NCBI RefSeq assembly: GCF_009834535.1
Contig: NC_045696.1
Coordinates: 34,412,001 to 34,476,000, forward strand
DNA from: Camelus ferus
Taxonomy: Eukaryota
Reading direction: 5' to 3'
DNA length: 64,000 nt
The position numbers and the translations under genes are program-made. The notes beneath the pieces are model-generated. The model worked only from the letters and a program-made list of their open reading frames with translations, ran no database searches and was not told the origin of the DNA. Below, piece after piece: positions 13,020 to 27,625 of the stretch (position 1 is the first letter of the stretch; every line of letters starts with the position of its first letter).

Positions 13020-13518
13020 AGTCTGAATCAGAAGGATTAAGTTCAGCTGCATAAAACAAAAGGTTAAAAAATAAGATTTCCTTAAACATGGTGGATGTTT
13101 ATTTTTTATGTAAAAGAGGATGTGCTCAGAATCTGGGTCAATGTGGCAGATCTATGATGTCCTCCAGAATCCAGATTCTTGTCTTTCATTTCTACCTTCC
13201 TCAGTTGATGGTTTTATCTTCAAGGTTACCACCTTGGTCTAGAACAGCTGCTATAGTGCCAACCTTTGCACTGGCATCCAGGCCTGCAGTTGGTGAAAGA
13301 GGAAAATGACGGAAGAGTATTCTATCCAGCTTTCTTTAAGCAGCCCTCGTTGTTCATCCTGGAAATTCCTCACAACACTTTCTATTACATTCCATTGGCC
13401 AGAACTTGGTTATATGAATTTACTGACCTGCAAGTGTGGCCTGGAGATGTAGTCTTTTAGGTAGAATTAATAGGAGGGTGGATATTGGATGGCAACTACA
13501 ACTACCGTCTGTGCCACA
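13020..13518 (-). mobile_element. MaLR LTR (MLT1J/K/L-like)
   Basis: 'cattccattggccagaacttggt...gcaagtgtggcctggagatgtagtctttt...gatattggatggcaact...tctgtgccaca' matches reverse-strand MLT1. Confidence 0.7.
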
Positions 13519-16500
13519 CTCCTTGCCAAGGATTCTACCCCCTATGTTGGCTATGATTTTCTATATATTCTTTTAACTGCTTAAAATCTAACTTATAGTC
13601 ACATCCATATTAATATTACTATCTTAGATTTATGCATTTTTCTCTTTTCTTGATAACTTCAGTGACCCTTTTTGATTCCAAATCCTTTTGGCATCTATGA
13701 CAACTTGAAACTCTTAGAAATTGAAATGATACCAATCCCTCCTGCTTCTCATTTTCTCCCTCTTTATACCTTTCCTTGGGTTTTAATTGACACATGGTGT
13801 CTTCCATAAATCAATACTTGGTCTTTGATGTAATTCTGCCTATTATATACACATCTGAATGTTTTATTATCACTGAAAAAGTAACTTTATCTTTCATATT
13901 TCGAGAAAACCCACCAATGGAAGATACCTAATGCTGGGTATTTGGAAAAATCATTAAAATTAAGAATAAGTCAATATAACATATCAGGACATAATTCTTT
14001 TTGTTGTGTTAACAGCTTGTATCAAAATAGAAAATGACAGACTACCTAGTGTTTAAGTATATATTCACTGGATTTAACTTAACACTCTTTCATATTAGGA
14101 GATTATAATTTATCATAAGAATTGGGTTTTTGTTGGAAATTTGCCACAAAGGCAAATGTAATATGTGTAAGTAATATTTATTTAATTTTTATGCAAGGCA
14201 ATTTCCAGAGGGCCATGAACATTTTAACTTGAAATATGTTATTTATTATTTGCTTTCTCAAAAAAGCACATACAAATATTTGTTTTATATTTTAAGGCAT
14301 GAGCTTTTATGAATCCTTTTCACAGCAATACAATCATATTCAGATAGTCACATTTCTTTGATATTACTGAAATGAGAGTATCTGACTGGCTAAACTTGGC
14401 ATTCATAGATCTTCTATGTGAAGTTGAATCTTGGATGTTATGTATATGATTCCATTAAAACTCACTGCTGACTCAAGTTCAGTAGGACTTCAGATTAACC
14501 AGATACTTTATCTTAGCCAGCAGATCAAATTAGGATATTTCTTTAGACAGAACTCTTCTTGGGACAATCTTTTCTGCCTCCCACTTGTCAGTACAGCCTC
14601 AAGTAGGTACCCCTTCTATATGCCTCTATTCTTCTCTTTATTAAAACACTGATAATATTCTATTTACTGGCTTATTTACATGTTCCCTATTCTATGGACC
14701 TCTTTGGATGAAACATCTCTCTTTAACTCTTGTATTCTAGACTATAACAATACCTATGACATACCACATTTCAAAGAGATTACTAAATAAATATATATTA
14801 TTGAGGTAACACTGATCTCTTTTCCTTACTCTCCCAACTCAAATATTTCTCACATATTTCCCCATTGATTTTATACTGCGTCAAAGATCTTTAAAATAGA
14901 AAAAAATTCAGTGACCTCTCCTGGTAATATCCATTGTCACCTTGTTCACTTGTTCATATTACTAACTTCTATGAAATAGAAAAAAAAAAATCGTGTGTTA
15001 CACAGGAAAAGTGTTGCTACCTACACCTGTTCAACAATCAGGAAGGTGGAGTGGTAGGCAAAGTGTTTTCCTGGCACTACTGTCTCCCCTTCTGAAGATT
15101 AATCAGTAAAATGTGTTCCTGCAGGATCTGCTAGAAAACACAAGTGAGTTTAAATGGTCCACAGTTAAGCTCAACAGCTGGAGGAGGTGACAACTAGGAG
15201 GACAATAGTGGATTCTGTCATTGCTTCTACTAGAAGATAAAAGAGAAAAATGACAGGGGAGTGGTAAAAAGCTTTCTAGAAAACTCTCAGGAGAATTACC
15301 CAAACTCGAGGATTCTGTCCTGTCAAGCAGAAAACTGGTGCCATGGGTATACGCCACAACTCTTAACAGCAAATGATCACCAGTGAGTCTGCAAAAGAAG
15401 GAGAGCAAGTGCCTAAAATAGAGCTGAATGATAAAGAGATGACAATCTCTTAGCATAAAAAGAGAAGACTGTGAAAGAGAGGGAGCACGAGAGCTTCATG
15501 TCCATTACAGAAAAATATTTATTCATCTTGCTTCTATGTATGAAAATAGTTTATTAAAATTTTAAAAATCCATTCAGCAGTCCATAATTTGAATGTTGTC
15601 AGTGAAAAGAATTGCATGTAAATAGACCCAGATAATGTTTCATAGAAAAACGAGGCTTTGAGTGATCCTCATAGTCACAAAAAAGGGTATATTATAATTG
15701 GAAATCACAAATGCCACATTTTATAAAACTAATTGTTCTTTGAATTAGGAAAGAAAAAAATGAATATGAGCCTTGGTGCTGCGAAGTTATTCTGATTTTC
15801 CTTCCCATCCATTTGTGCTAGTTGTATATATACAAATGAGGATTTGCAAACTCCTCAACTGGATTATTGCATTTATTCATTTATTATGCAACAAATATTA
15901 ATTGATGCCTAAACTTGTGTAAAGCATGGTGCTAGACACTGCATACACAAGTAAATAAGACAGGGAACAATGCATAGCAAATAGATCTTCAGTGAACTGA
16001 GTGCACATTAATATATCAGTTAAAGAATTTTACAGGTGATGATTCTACAGTGCATTAATTTTAAAGCATTTTTTTAAAACTTTGTATCAAAGGTAATCAT
16101 AAAATACATAAATAATCTCCACTAGCGCCTTAATAAATGATTTTGTAAAATCACTTTCTGTGCTTTAAATTGTGTGTACAGGTATCAGTAGTTCAGATAA
16201 TCTTCATTTACTTCTAATTGAAAAATATATATGTGGTTTGGGTTATACAGTGAAATCTGTGAATTTATATGCTTTATTTGGATGGCTCTGGTAGTTCTAA
16301 GTAATAGTTTAGGTGGTTTTGGATTACTTGTTCATATGCTTTTAAAAAAATTTTGCTATTAAATCTGCTGTCCTGTATCCCTAAAATAAATATTTTCACT
16401 TGTAGGAATACCACTAACTTGTACAGAGTCAAACCATGTACCAGAAACAAGTCCTACTGTTTGCCATGGTGCAAATGTAATCTTACTGCCCACCTGAGAC

Positions 16501-16649
16501 AGTGTGGAATCAGGCAGGGCAGGGGAGAATCTCCCTTGTTGCCATTTTAGTGGGTCTTTCCCAACTCTTAAGGTCTTTCAGATATTAAATGATATTCTAC
16601 ACTTCAACCCAGATAGCCTAAACACCCAATACAATTTCTGTAATATTCT

Positions 16650-17090
16650 ATTGATTCAGGTTCTTTGGGTTTCAAGCAACAGAATCTAATTATGACTATT
16701 TGGCCCAAAAGCATATTTGGGTACTAGAATATGTCACAGAAAACCAAGAAGGAATGACCACATCAGAAACTAAGGCAGCTCTGAGGTCCTCACCAGTCTA
16801 CGCCTCAGAGCACTGCCGTTATTAACTGGTCTTAGCCACCAATCTGTACTGGTCTCTGTGTCTCTCTTTTCAGATATTCACATGTCCTGGAGAGGAGTGC
16901 CTGAGTGGTCCTGCTTTAGTCACAGGTCTGTTTCTAGACTGTTCGGCTAATCAGCCGGGGAGAAGAGTGAGTGTTATCAATCTGGCTGCTGAGAGCTCAT
17001 CCTGGTGGAAACTGGGTACATATGCCTCCCACGGGCCTGATCTCAAATCGCGAATGAGCCATCACCTTCAGATAATACTGTTAGGGTTGT
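16650..17090 (-). mobile_element. Degenerate MaLR (MLT1-like) LTR
   Basis: Starts 'attcaggttctttgggtttcaagcaacagaatc', the reverse complement of an MLT1 3' end. Confidence 0.5.
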
Positions 17091-17329
17091 ATCTGAGCAT
17101 AAACGTTTCAGAGACTCTCCTACCACAGAGATTATAAAGTCATTGGCACACCGACAGTAAGTCTAGGTCTTAGGAAAAAAAGTCAGAGTTTTTTTTCTAA
17201 AACTGAAACCAAATATCATAGTAAAGATTTGGAATCAGAAATCTTGTTATATTTTCTCACTTTTATTAATGTTTCAACAAATATTTATATATTCATTATA
17301 AACCAAGGAAATTGCTCTTACTGTCATTA

Positions 17330-17470
17330 ATACCTTAGGCAATTCATTTAACACTCTTGAACTTCAGTTTCTTTCTCTGTTTATGACAGGGATTTCTAAA
17401 ACTTCCCTGAGATTCAAATGCGATAACATATGAAAGACTGTTGTAAACTGAAAAGCACTATATTAGTATC
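17330..17470 (+). mobile_element. MIR SINE fragment
   Basis: 'ccttaggcaattcatttaacactcttgaacttcagtttc...gagattcaaatgcgataacata'. Confidence 0.65.
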
Positions 17471-17704
17471 AATTATTGAAAGCTCTTTTACTTTACCATC
17501 TTACCTTAAATTGGCGTTCTTCTGTAATCATCTGGTAGATTGTGAGTTAATTTCTATGTGTGTTGAGTGATCACCTCTGGTGTCCACAAAAATCAGTGCC
17601 TATGTTAAGTTAATGATACTTAATAATTGCTACACAAGAACTATTCTGAGTGAAAAACAATATAGGTGCAAAAAGAGAGTTCCTTAAAAATATATTTTAA
17701 TAAT

Positions 17705-17885
17705 AGCTAACTGCAATGTCTGAACTTTCATTGGATTCTGGAATGATTAAAAAATACAAATAGCATTTATTTGACAATGGAAGAAATTTGACTATGTTGG
17801 GTATATTAGATAATAATATAAATTTATTGTTTATTTTCTCTAGTTGTGATAGTGGTATTGTGATTACATAAGAAAATGTCAAGAC
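17705..17885 (+). mobile_element. L1MC/ME 3'-UTR fragment
   Basis: 'aactgcaatgt...tggattctggaa...gaaatttgactatg...ttgtgatagtggtattgtgattacataagaaaatgtc'. Confidence 0.7.
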
Positions 17886-20196
17886 ACTGATCCGGAGACA
17901 ATCCACAGGATGTAACTGACAAAATATTTTTACAGTAAAGCAACAATAACAGAATGAATGAAAGGGAGAAATAATGTGAGGCGTGTAACAATAACAGCTA
18001 ACACATATTGTTTTATTTCTTTTAATCTTTACATCATCCCTAAGAGGGAAGTTAAGCAACTTACCTGAATTACGGAATTGTGTTAAAAATTCATCATGTC
18101 TGGCATTAAAGGTCATGCTCTTAACCATTACTTCACAAAAGTGGATCCTAAAGGCAGAGAACAACCATGTTGACAAGGAGCCAAAAACCCTAGAGAAAAA
18201 AAGAGCGAGCAGGAGTTTGGGCAGCACCTGACCTCCTCCCTACTCACGTCACTGCCTCTACCAACAGGCTCCATTGCTAGGTAGCTTGGCATCTCATGGA
18301 CTGTTCCTTATGAGTCATCTTCACTCTCTCTTCCCCCCCAGAAGACACGAGGGCAGGCAACTTGTCTCCACTTTCCCCAGTTTGACCTAAATAATTCTGC
18401 AAGGGTGAGGCTCCTGCAATTGGCCTGTCCTCACTAAGGATTTCCCACTAAATCAAATTGTTTTGTTCAGTCAAAAGACCTACACCTAAATTAGAAACTT
18501 ACAACTTGAAAATTTCTAACTGGGTTAAATATTCTACCAAATGTACTTCAATTAACATTTAGAACTATGGAATAATCTAGAAACAACCATTTTGGTGTTT
18601 CATTAGTTTTCTGTTTTGTTGAAAATATCCTAAAATCATAAAATTGTGAGAGTTTCATTAAATATCTCAATGTTAAAAATTGATTTAATGACTGCAAATG
18701 AAATGATTTGAGCAAAGAAATCTCTCTTTGAGAACTTTAGGCTTAGTAACATTTTCCCACATCTTCAGGGTATTTCAGTGTTTGCTGATCTTCCCTGTCT
18801 ATCACATACTCTAAATAATGTATTAATACTCTGATAAGTTTCACACAATGGAAAATTTTCAAGATAAAATTAGCATCTCAGTCAAACAAATTGATTTGTG
18901 TGTTTACACATCCTAGTGCAAAACAGGCTTGTTATTGAGAGCATTGATGCCTCTGAGCCCCAAACTTGTTTATGTTCCATGATTTCGTGTATAAAATCAG
19001 TTTTAAATTATGTATTTTTGTGCTTCAAAATTCACTCTAGCTCTTCTTTGTTTTATATTTTATAACTTACTGTCTTTTAGAACTTTTGCTGCAACGTTTG
19101 GTCAGAATCATCAGATTTTGCCTTAATTCCATGGCCAGTCTCTAACTAGAATATTATAAATAAGAAAAGAGATTAATTTTTTCTAGGTCATTCATTTATT
19201 TTAAAAAAGTAAATCTTTATTATAGTCTCTAGTGAAAAATCATAATATTGATCATGGGAAATTTATTTCTCCTTTCCCTTGATCTATGGTTTTCATACTT
19301 TTTTGTAACAGAAGTGTCTTTAATAACTAAAAAGAAAAAACTAAAAAATTTGAAGTATGATTGAGTCACAAAGTTAAAAAGACTTATGGAATCTTAATTT
19401 ATTCCTATTTGGGAATATACTGGCATACATTATTCATTCTTTTAATCTATGAAAATATTGGCATTTGTATATTATTTGAATAAGAAGCAAACAAATGCAA
19501 CTCGAAAGTATTGAACATTAGCACCAGTGGACTTCAAAGGATTATACTCAATCTTACATAATACTCTGTTTTAATCTTCTACTTAGAATTTTGAAATATC
19601 TGAAAACTATTGTTGTAAAAATCAACTATTATTGTATTTTTCTGTATATACAGAAAGTAAAAAAAGAGGTAAAGCTAAAACTGCAATGCCCACCTTTTAT
19701 TTTTCCTAGTCCAGATTTATTTTGTCCTTAATTTAAATTCTAAGAAAAAATTTGGAAACTACTAAAGAAATATAATTAAAAAAGGAGCCTGAAATCTTGC
19801 CACCCAAAGAACATAGCATACTATAGTAATTGAATGTATGAAGTTGATAGTTATTTATAAGAATAAAATGAATACAAGTTTTTCTAACTTTCTAAAATCA
19901 AATATTTATTTACACTAAAAAAAGTTGAATATTTCTGATAAATATGGATAAAAAGATAGAGGAAATTCACATATATACTAAATCTAGGGAAGGAGTGAAA
20001 AGGAAAGAAACAATATGGTTCTGCCCCTAAATATTCTGGTTTGTTAATTTTATAGTTTAACGGCTGTGTTGAAAATGATGATGGACATTTTGAGTCTAGG
20101 AACACATTTGGCCTTCTGATTTTTAAGTGCTTCATTGAGTATTTTTTAACCCCCTTTAAAATGAAATCCGTATTTTATTTTTATTTTTATTTTTTA

Positions 20197-20595
20197 AATG
20201 TTCATAACAGGTTTATTTACAATAGCCAAACCTAGAACAACCCAAATGTTCCTCAACATTTGGAGTAAATTAAATACTGGTATTGTATACAATGGGAACT
20301 ACACAGCAGTGAAAAAAAAAAAAAGAATTATTGATACACTTATGAATGAACAGACTCACAGACATTATGCTAAGTGAAAGAAACCAGACATAAAAGAGTA
20401 TATTCTGCCTGATTCCATGTATATGGAGTTCAAGAACAAACAAAACCAAATGATGCTGACAGAAGTCAAAACTCTGCAAGAGTTATAGACTGAGAAGGAA
20501 GCATCTGGGGTGCTGGAATGTTCTACATCTTGCCTGGGTGATGGTTACACAGATAAAGCCCATATAAAAATTCAGTGACCTATACAGCTAAGACA
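20197..20595 (+). mobile_element. L1ME-like ORF2 end/3'UTR fragment
   Basis: 'aatgttcataacaggtttatttacaatagccaaacctagaacaacccaaatg...acattatgctaagtgaaagaaaccagaca'. Confidence 0.85.
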
Positions 20596-21054
20596 AGATG
20601 ACATCTGTGTTTTAAAATTGGCAGTTTACAGTATTATTTAATGCAATTACTTTTCATCTCAAAGTAGTATTAATGTCATCACAATATTTTCTCCTTGTTA
20701 TTCATGCAGAGTAATTTGAAATTTCATTACTGGAAGGACTGTGCTAAACGGAGGTCTTTTGTTTTCAAATCGTCTTTAAGTTAGATAAAGTATGGGAAAA
20801 AGTGGTTTGGGTAGATAAGATAATACGATTATACACAGAACACTAGAACAGTTCTCTCTTTTAACTGATAAAAAATAAATTCAACCTCTCAGAGGTTGTA
20901 AATCTAAAAGGAAATAATTGATAGTTTTCTTTTTGTTCAGTGAACTTTAAAACTATTTTCACATATGGAATTACATAATATCGTAAGATTTAGAAAGATA
21001 GAAATATTTTTGTTAGCTATAACCACAAATGTCAAAGAAAGCATTAGAGACGCT

Positions 21055-21275
21055 CTATAGTATGGCATTTAAAAACGTGAGTCTGGGATTCCAAAAGGTC
21101 AACAGTAGCCACTTCCTAGTGCGGGTCCTTGGGAAAGTTATTTAAACTCTCTAAGCCTTATTCACCTCACTTGTGAAATGGAATAGCAACACCCAGGATT
21201 TCAATGAAGATAAACGGAAATACTGTGTGTGAAAACTCAAATGCCTGGCACAAAGCAACTGCTCAAAAATATTAG
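21055..21275 (+). mobile_element. MIR SINE
   Basis: 'gtccttgggaaagttatttaaactctctaagcct...ttgtgaaatggaata...tgcctggcaca'. Confidence 0.75.
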
Positions 21276-22390
21276 CCACCTTTAGACTTATTATCGTAAT
21301 TATCATTATGTTTATTATTAACAAGGATAGTTACTATTGGACTTGATTAATGAAACACTAATGTCTCTCCTTTAATACACCCGGCTAACGTTGATGTGTT
21401 ACCTGAAGTATGGCTTTATACTGCAAAACCAAAGTTTGAGGCTATCGGAATCAAATCTGCTGTTTTATAAAATTTATTAAACCACTCATATGTATGGTTT
21501 TGTGTTAGAATTTAAAAATGAATCTTATCTAGTAATGTTAATCTTCTTAGATCCTTACTTCATTGAAAAAAATTACATTCAGAAAAATTTTCTAAAACAT
21601 TAAGGTTTATCTAACATCTTAGAGGAATAAAGAAAAGTAAATATAGTTGACCTCAATTTTAAAGGTTCGGAATTGTAGGTTGACTATTTTCACTGCTTCA
21701 TTCATTCTTGCTGGCTTGCCCCCAATTTTCAGACCAGCCTAGTTAATAATTATAATACCTTCTATGAACTAAATGGATTTGAAAGACCAAAAGGCAGCTA
21801 CCCTTACTTTAAAAGGAAGAGGTCACTGGGATAAAAAGTCTCCAAGACATTGTACTGTATCTAAAAATTCATATCTTTGTCCTATTAAATTACTTCTTCC
21901 TTAAATCTATGTATGCATAAATTGAAAGTCCCAAGTAAGATGAGGACTTAAAAAAAAAAGTCACATTTCAGTTCTCCTGCCAGTGTCATCCTTTTTAATA
22001 TGCTGTTCTTTTAATATCACTATTAAAGTCTATTCTGTGCAGACTTTGACTTTTAATATTATGTTAGCTTTTTGATAACAGTACTGATAGCCGTGTTTTA
22101 AGGACCTTACTTAATTAACCATAGTAACACTCTCAATGTTGTTAAACACTAAAACCTTAATTTGAGCATATTTACTAAGGTTTGTAAAAGAGGGAGTGTA
22201 TTTATTTTCAGATTAGTTACATAAACTATTTTGTTTTAAACCAAGTTTTGTATCTCTAAATTCAATCAGTATTTACCTTAGTACTGCTTAGGTTTTGGAA
22301 ATGACAGTTTGCAAAGAGAATTCTCAAACCAGACTCCCTACTTACTAAAGTATGTGTCTAAATTTATTCTTCAGAGCCAAAAGAGTTTCA

Positions 22391-22391
<1 letters not shown>

Positions 22392-22430
<39 letters not shown>
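22392..22430. repeat. (CA)19 microsatellite
   Basis: Perfect dinucleotide run. Confidence 0.95.
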
Positions 22431-22433
<3 letters not shown>

Positions 22434-23764
22434 CAATAGAAGTTAATTGTGTTGCTAATAGACCAGGGATTCTTTATGGAGTCGTTTCTAACACTGCCCT
22501 ACAAATACCTCCATTCTAAATACTCAGGAAATGGTGACTAATTATTTGAAGCCTCTACCACTGACAGATCAGTCAGTCACTAAGAATAGCAGCAGGTTGA
22601 ATGAATGAATCTGCATCTTAAGAAAAAAAGGTCATTTTAGGATATGAATCCTTGGCTCTTTTGTCCTCGTCCTTGGGGAAAGACAGCTCCTTCAAAAAGA
22701 TAAGCTACTAAGATAAGCTGAGGTATGTGTCAAGGAGAAAGTGCCATTGGGAAAAGTAAACAGTTTAATAGTAGGGTATAGAGTTCAGATGAAAGCCACT
22801 ATCTTTTCTTCTGCCTCATGGAGCTGGGAGGTGCCACTTCCAGATCTTTACTCTCACCTGATTCCAAAATCCTCTCCTTATTGAAGTACAGTATCAGCTT
22901 TCCAGCACCCTCACTGTAACCTCACTGTTGCCACCTACTGACCTAAACGTGTGATTTTTAGAATTGGTTTCTGTAAATCGTCTTCTCCCATTCCCTGTCA
23001 GGACACATGGGAATTCAAAACATAAGACAAGGTAGCCTCGCAGTGCCCAGTTTGAACAGTTTTCATGTGGAGTTTATTTTACCCTCTCACAAGTACTGCC
23101 ACATCTTGGACTTCTATTACACCCGTCTACTCAACAGGAAAACTTTCTAATTCCAGAATCTGGTGTTCTAAAATCATCTTTCCTTTTCATCTTTTAATTC
23201 CTCTTCCATCTATAACCAACTCAAATTCTTCGGGTCTTTGAGTTCATCAGTGTGCCCCTGAGTTCACTTTCTCCTGGATTTATCTTGGGCCCCAGGGTCA
23301 GTCTCGGTTATATTCTGTTACATCCCACTGTAGCAGACTCCCCTGACCAGCGACCAGCCTCTAAAACCTGGGAGACCCTATCAGTTATTTTCCCTCCTGT
23401 TACAGTACTACTGGGTACAAGTGGAGTCAGTTATATAATGATCGTTGTGATTTCACATATAAGCTTTTACATATCATTTTATCAGAGACATCCAGCATAG
23501 TGCCTGAACCATTGTATTATTCACACCAACAACATCACCACCAACAGCAGTAATAGTACATTAAAGTTTACTGTGTGCTAGGAACTCTACCGTTTCGATG
23601 TATCATTGTAGTTACTCCTCTCAGCAACCCTAGGAGACAGTTACTGTCAGTACCCACATGGTAAAAATGATCAAAGTAGGCATAAGGAAGTCAACACCAT
23701 TCAATAAATACTAAGGAACCTAATTAATGTATATTAGTATGTTACTCCAGACCTTTTTAAAAAA

Positions 23765-24755
23765 TATTTTGGTTTTTAGAGCCATTTTATGTTTTTAATT
23801 TTTATTGAAGTATAGCTGATTTACAATGTTAGTTTCAGGTATACAGCAAAGCGATTCAGTTATAAATATACATACATATATTTTTTTCTTTTCCATTATA
23901 TGTTATTACAAGAAATTGAAGGTAGTTCCCTGTGCTATATAGTAACTCCTCGTTTTTTTATCTTTTTTGTATGTAGTAATGTGTGTCTGCTAATCCCCAA
24001 CCCCTAATTTTATCCTTCCCCACCCTTTCCCCTTTAGTAACCATAGTTTGTTTTCTATGTCTGTGAGTCTGTTTTTGGTTTGTAAATAGAATTTGTATCA
24101 TTTATTTTTAGATTCCACATATAATTGGAGCCATTTTAGATTCACAGCAGAATTGGATAGAAGTACAAAGATTTCGTTTATACCCCTCTGCCCCCACATA
24201 TTAATAGCCTCCTCCATTATCAATGTTCCCTATAAGAATAATTTATTTGTTACAATTGATGGAATCTATGTCGACACATGATTATATCCTAGAGTCCCTA
24301 GTTTACCTTAGGGTCCACTCTTGGTGGTGTACATTCTATGGGTTTGGACAAATTTATAATGACATTTATCCACCATTATAGTAGCATACAGACTAGTGTC
24401 ATTGCCCTAAAAATTTTCTGTGCTCCACCTATTCATCTCTCCCTCCCTACTAACCTCTGGCAACTGTTGATCTTTTTACTGTATCCATAATTTTGCCTTT
24501 TCCAGAATGCCATGTAGTTGGAATTATACAGTATGTAACCTTTTCAGATTGGCTTCTTTCATTTAGTAATATGCACTTAAGCTGCCTCTATGTCTTTTCG
24601 AGGCTTAATTGCTCATCTCTTTTTAGTCCTGAATGATATTCTATCATCTGGATGTACCACAGTTTATTTATCCACTCACCTATTAGAGTGATGTCAACGA
24701 CATAGGTCGTTCCCAACTTTGCCCTGTTCATCTACTGAAGAACATCCTGGTTGAG
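23765..24755 (-). mobile_element. L1MC1-like 3' fragment (host of a younger L1 insertion)
   Basis: 'tttttagagccattttagattcacagcagaattg...ctgcccccaca...tagtttaccttagggtccactcttggtggtgtacattctatgggtttggacaaat' matches recalled L1MC1 3' UTR; interrupted at 23790-24127. Confidence 0.85.
23790..24127 (-). mobile_element. 5'-truncated younger L1 3' end with 11-bp TSD
   Basis: T-rich tail then 'ttattgaagtatagctgatttacaatg...'; flanked by gagccatttta at 23779-23789 and 24128-24138. Confidence 0.9.
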
Positions 24756-27625
24756 AACTTCTTTTTCAAAGTAGCATTAATACATATCCTGTCAAAGTAA
24801 CATTAATACATATCCCCAAATCAGTGATTTATTTATAGGAGACAAGGTCACATTCAAAGCTGACTCAAATAGGTAAGATTTGAAGTAAGACATGTCGTTT
24901 ATATTTTACTAAGCTGTAACAATAGATTTTTATTACTTTATTTTTTTAACAAAGCAGTAATTATACTTTTAATATTTATCATTTGTTATACCTGGTATTT
25001 TAATTTCTAAAAGTATTTGAATCCATCCTCAAAGAGCAGCCAAGGCTACCAGCATTTCAGAATTCACTAGTTCAGTGGAGATATGGATATGCAAAACAGG
25101 CAGACTTTGGGAAACCACTCTGAGCCTCAGTTTCCTCATTTGTAAAATTGGGATTTAAAGTAGTGTCTTCCTTAAAAGGCAGTTGTCAGGAGAGAAAGAC
25201 ATGATTCTGTCTTCAACCCCTCACCTTGTTCCCATCCATGTCTCTGTACAGTATCAGTCTTTCCAGGTTCTCCAATATAAACTAGCCTTATTCAATGCTG
25301 TATTCTGCTTGGTAAATATCCTGGGCTGTGATTATCTCTGCTTTATGGTCTCAATTATTATGTCTTCTTCTGTTGTCTTGTTTTGCTTTTTGCCTTATCT
25401 ACTTTATTGAGGGCTTATTTGCATAAGATTAGTCATATCAATTTAAAATGCAAAATTCTATGAATTTTAATAGCTATATATACCCTGAAACTACCACCAT
25501 AATTAAAATATACATTTAAACTAACTTCAAAAAATTCCTCATTCCTCCTTGCAGTCCCTCCCTCCTTCCATCCCTGGACCCAGGTAACTGACCTGCTTTT
25601 TGGCACCTGTATTAGTTTGCATTTTATATAAATGTTATAATACAAAAGATGCCCTTTTTATTTGGCTCTTTAACTCAACATGACTTTAAGAATATCAGTA
25701 GTTTGTTGCTTTGTACTAATGAGTAACATTCAGTTATATGAATGACATACCTTGTTTACCATTCACCTATTGATGGACATTTGGGTTGCTTCTTGTTTGA
25801 GCTTATTTTGAATAAAGTGGATCAAACATTCATGTACAAGGTTTTTTGTGGACATATGTTTTCATTTCTCATGAGTAAAGACCTAGCAATGGAATGGCTG
25901 GGTCATATGACATGTATATGTTTAACTTATAGAAATACGCAAATAGTTCTCCAAAGTAGTTGTATCATTTTATACTCCCATTAATATTACATGAGAATTC
26001 CATTCCCTCCATATTCTCACCAACAACCCGTATATTCCATATTTTTAGTATTAGCCATTCTACTGATGATTTGTTTATCATTTAAATTACATTTCTCTAA
26101 TGACTATTATGTTGACCATATACTATGAGATTTGAGCTATTCAGATATCTTTTGTGAAGTGTCTTAAACTTTGTGTCCATTTCTTAAAATTAGTTCTTAA
26201 CCTTCATATTAAGTTGTAAAAGATCTATATATGCTCTGGACACAAATATTTTGTCATTTATATGTCAAATGAATATTGTCTCCCATTCTGTGGCTGGACT
26301 TTATTTCTTGAGTGCTTTTCAGAAATCAAATGGTTAAAATGTTAATAAAGCCCAATTTAATGCTTTTTCCACTATGGTTTGTACTAATTTATTCTATCTA
26401 AAAAAGCTTTGCTTAGTCTAAAGTGACTAAGATTTTCTTCTGTGTTTTATATAAGAAGTTTTAAAGTTTGGGCTTTTCCTTTTATGTCTGTGATCCATTT
26501 CAAGTTATTTCTTGTGTATCTGAGAAGGATCAATATTTAATTTTCCATATGGATAATAGGTATTCCAGCGTGATTTATTTAAAAGGCTTTTCTTCCCCTC
26601 AGTGGATTACCATGACATCTTATTCAGAAATCAATTGACCATATATGTGGGTCTGTTTCTAGGCTTTTTAAAAGTATTCCTTTATGTGTCAGTACTACAC
26701 TGTCCTTATTACAGTAACTTGAGAGTAGGTCTTAAAGTCAAGAACTGTACATCTTTAAATTATATTCTTTTTTGAAATAGGTTTACCTTTCCATATAAAT
26801 GTTAGAATCAGCTTGCCAATTTCTACAACTGGTCCTACTTGAATTTTTACTGAGACTGTATTAAATCTATAGATAAATTGGGGGGTAATTAACATTTTCA
26901 TTTACTGAGTCTCCAAATCCACAGCTCTCCATTTATTTAGGTCTTCTTTAAATTTCTCCCAACAATGTTCTCTAATTTTTAGAGCAGATGGTTTGCCTAT
27001 CTTTCAAAAACTTAATTCCCGAATAACTTGGTTTTTAGTGTTCTTGGAAATGGCTTTTTAAAATTTTATTTACCAGTATGTAAAATTACACTTCATTTTA
27101 TTAACCTTGTATGCTGCAACTTGGCAAAATTCACTTTTTCTAATAGTTGACTTTTAGATTCCTGTAGATTTTCTAGATAAACAGATGTGTCATCTACAAG
27201 TAGAGAAAGCTTTATCTCTTCCTTTCATAGCCTTAAGAATTTTTTTCTTGCCTTTTTTGCTATGTCTGTGATATACAATGTTGGATAGAAGCAATGAGAG
27301 CAAGCCTCTTTACCTGTTCCCAGTTTGAGGAGAGTAATACTCAGACTTGCACAAGGAAGTATGGTGTTATCTGTAGATTTCTTATACTTTTTATCAGATG
27401 GAGATAGTTCCCTTGTATTCTGACTTTTCCAAGAGTTTTTACTATGACTGGGTGTTGAATTCAATCAGGTACTTTTTCTCCTTCTCCTGAAATGATAACA
27501 TGTTTCTTCTCTTATTCTGTTAATATGTAGGATTACATATTTTCATGTTAAATGTAACTTTGCATTTCTGAGACAAATAATACTTGGTTGTGATTTGTTA
27601 TCCTTTTTAAACATTTCAGGATTCA

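Noticed and set aside
17697..18227. 176-aa minus-strand ORF
   Set aside because: Runs across L1 and MIR relics, has a non-ATG start and no domain similarity.
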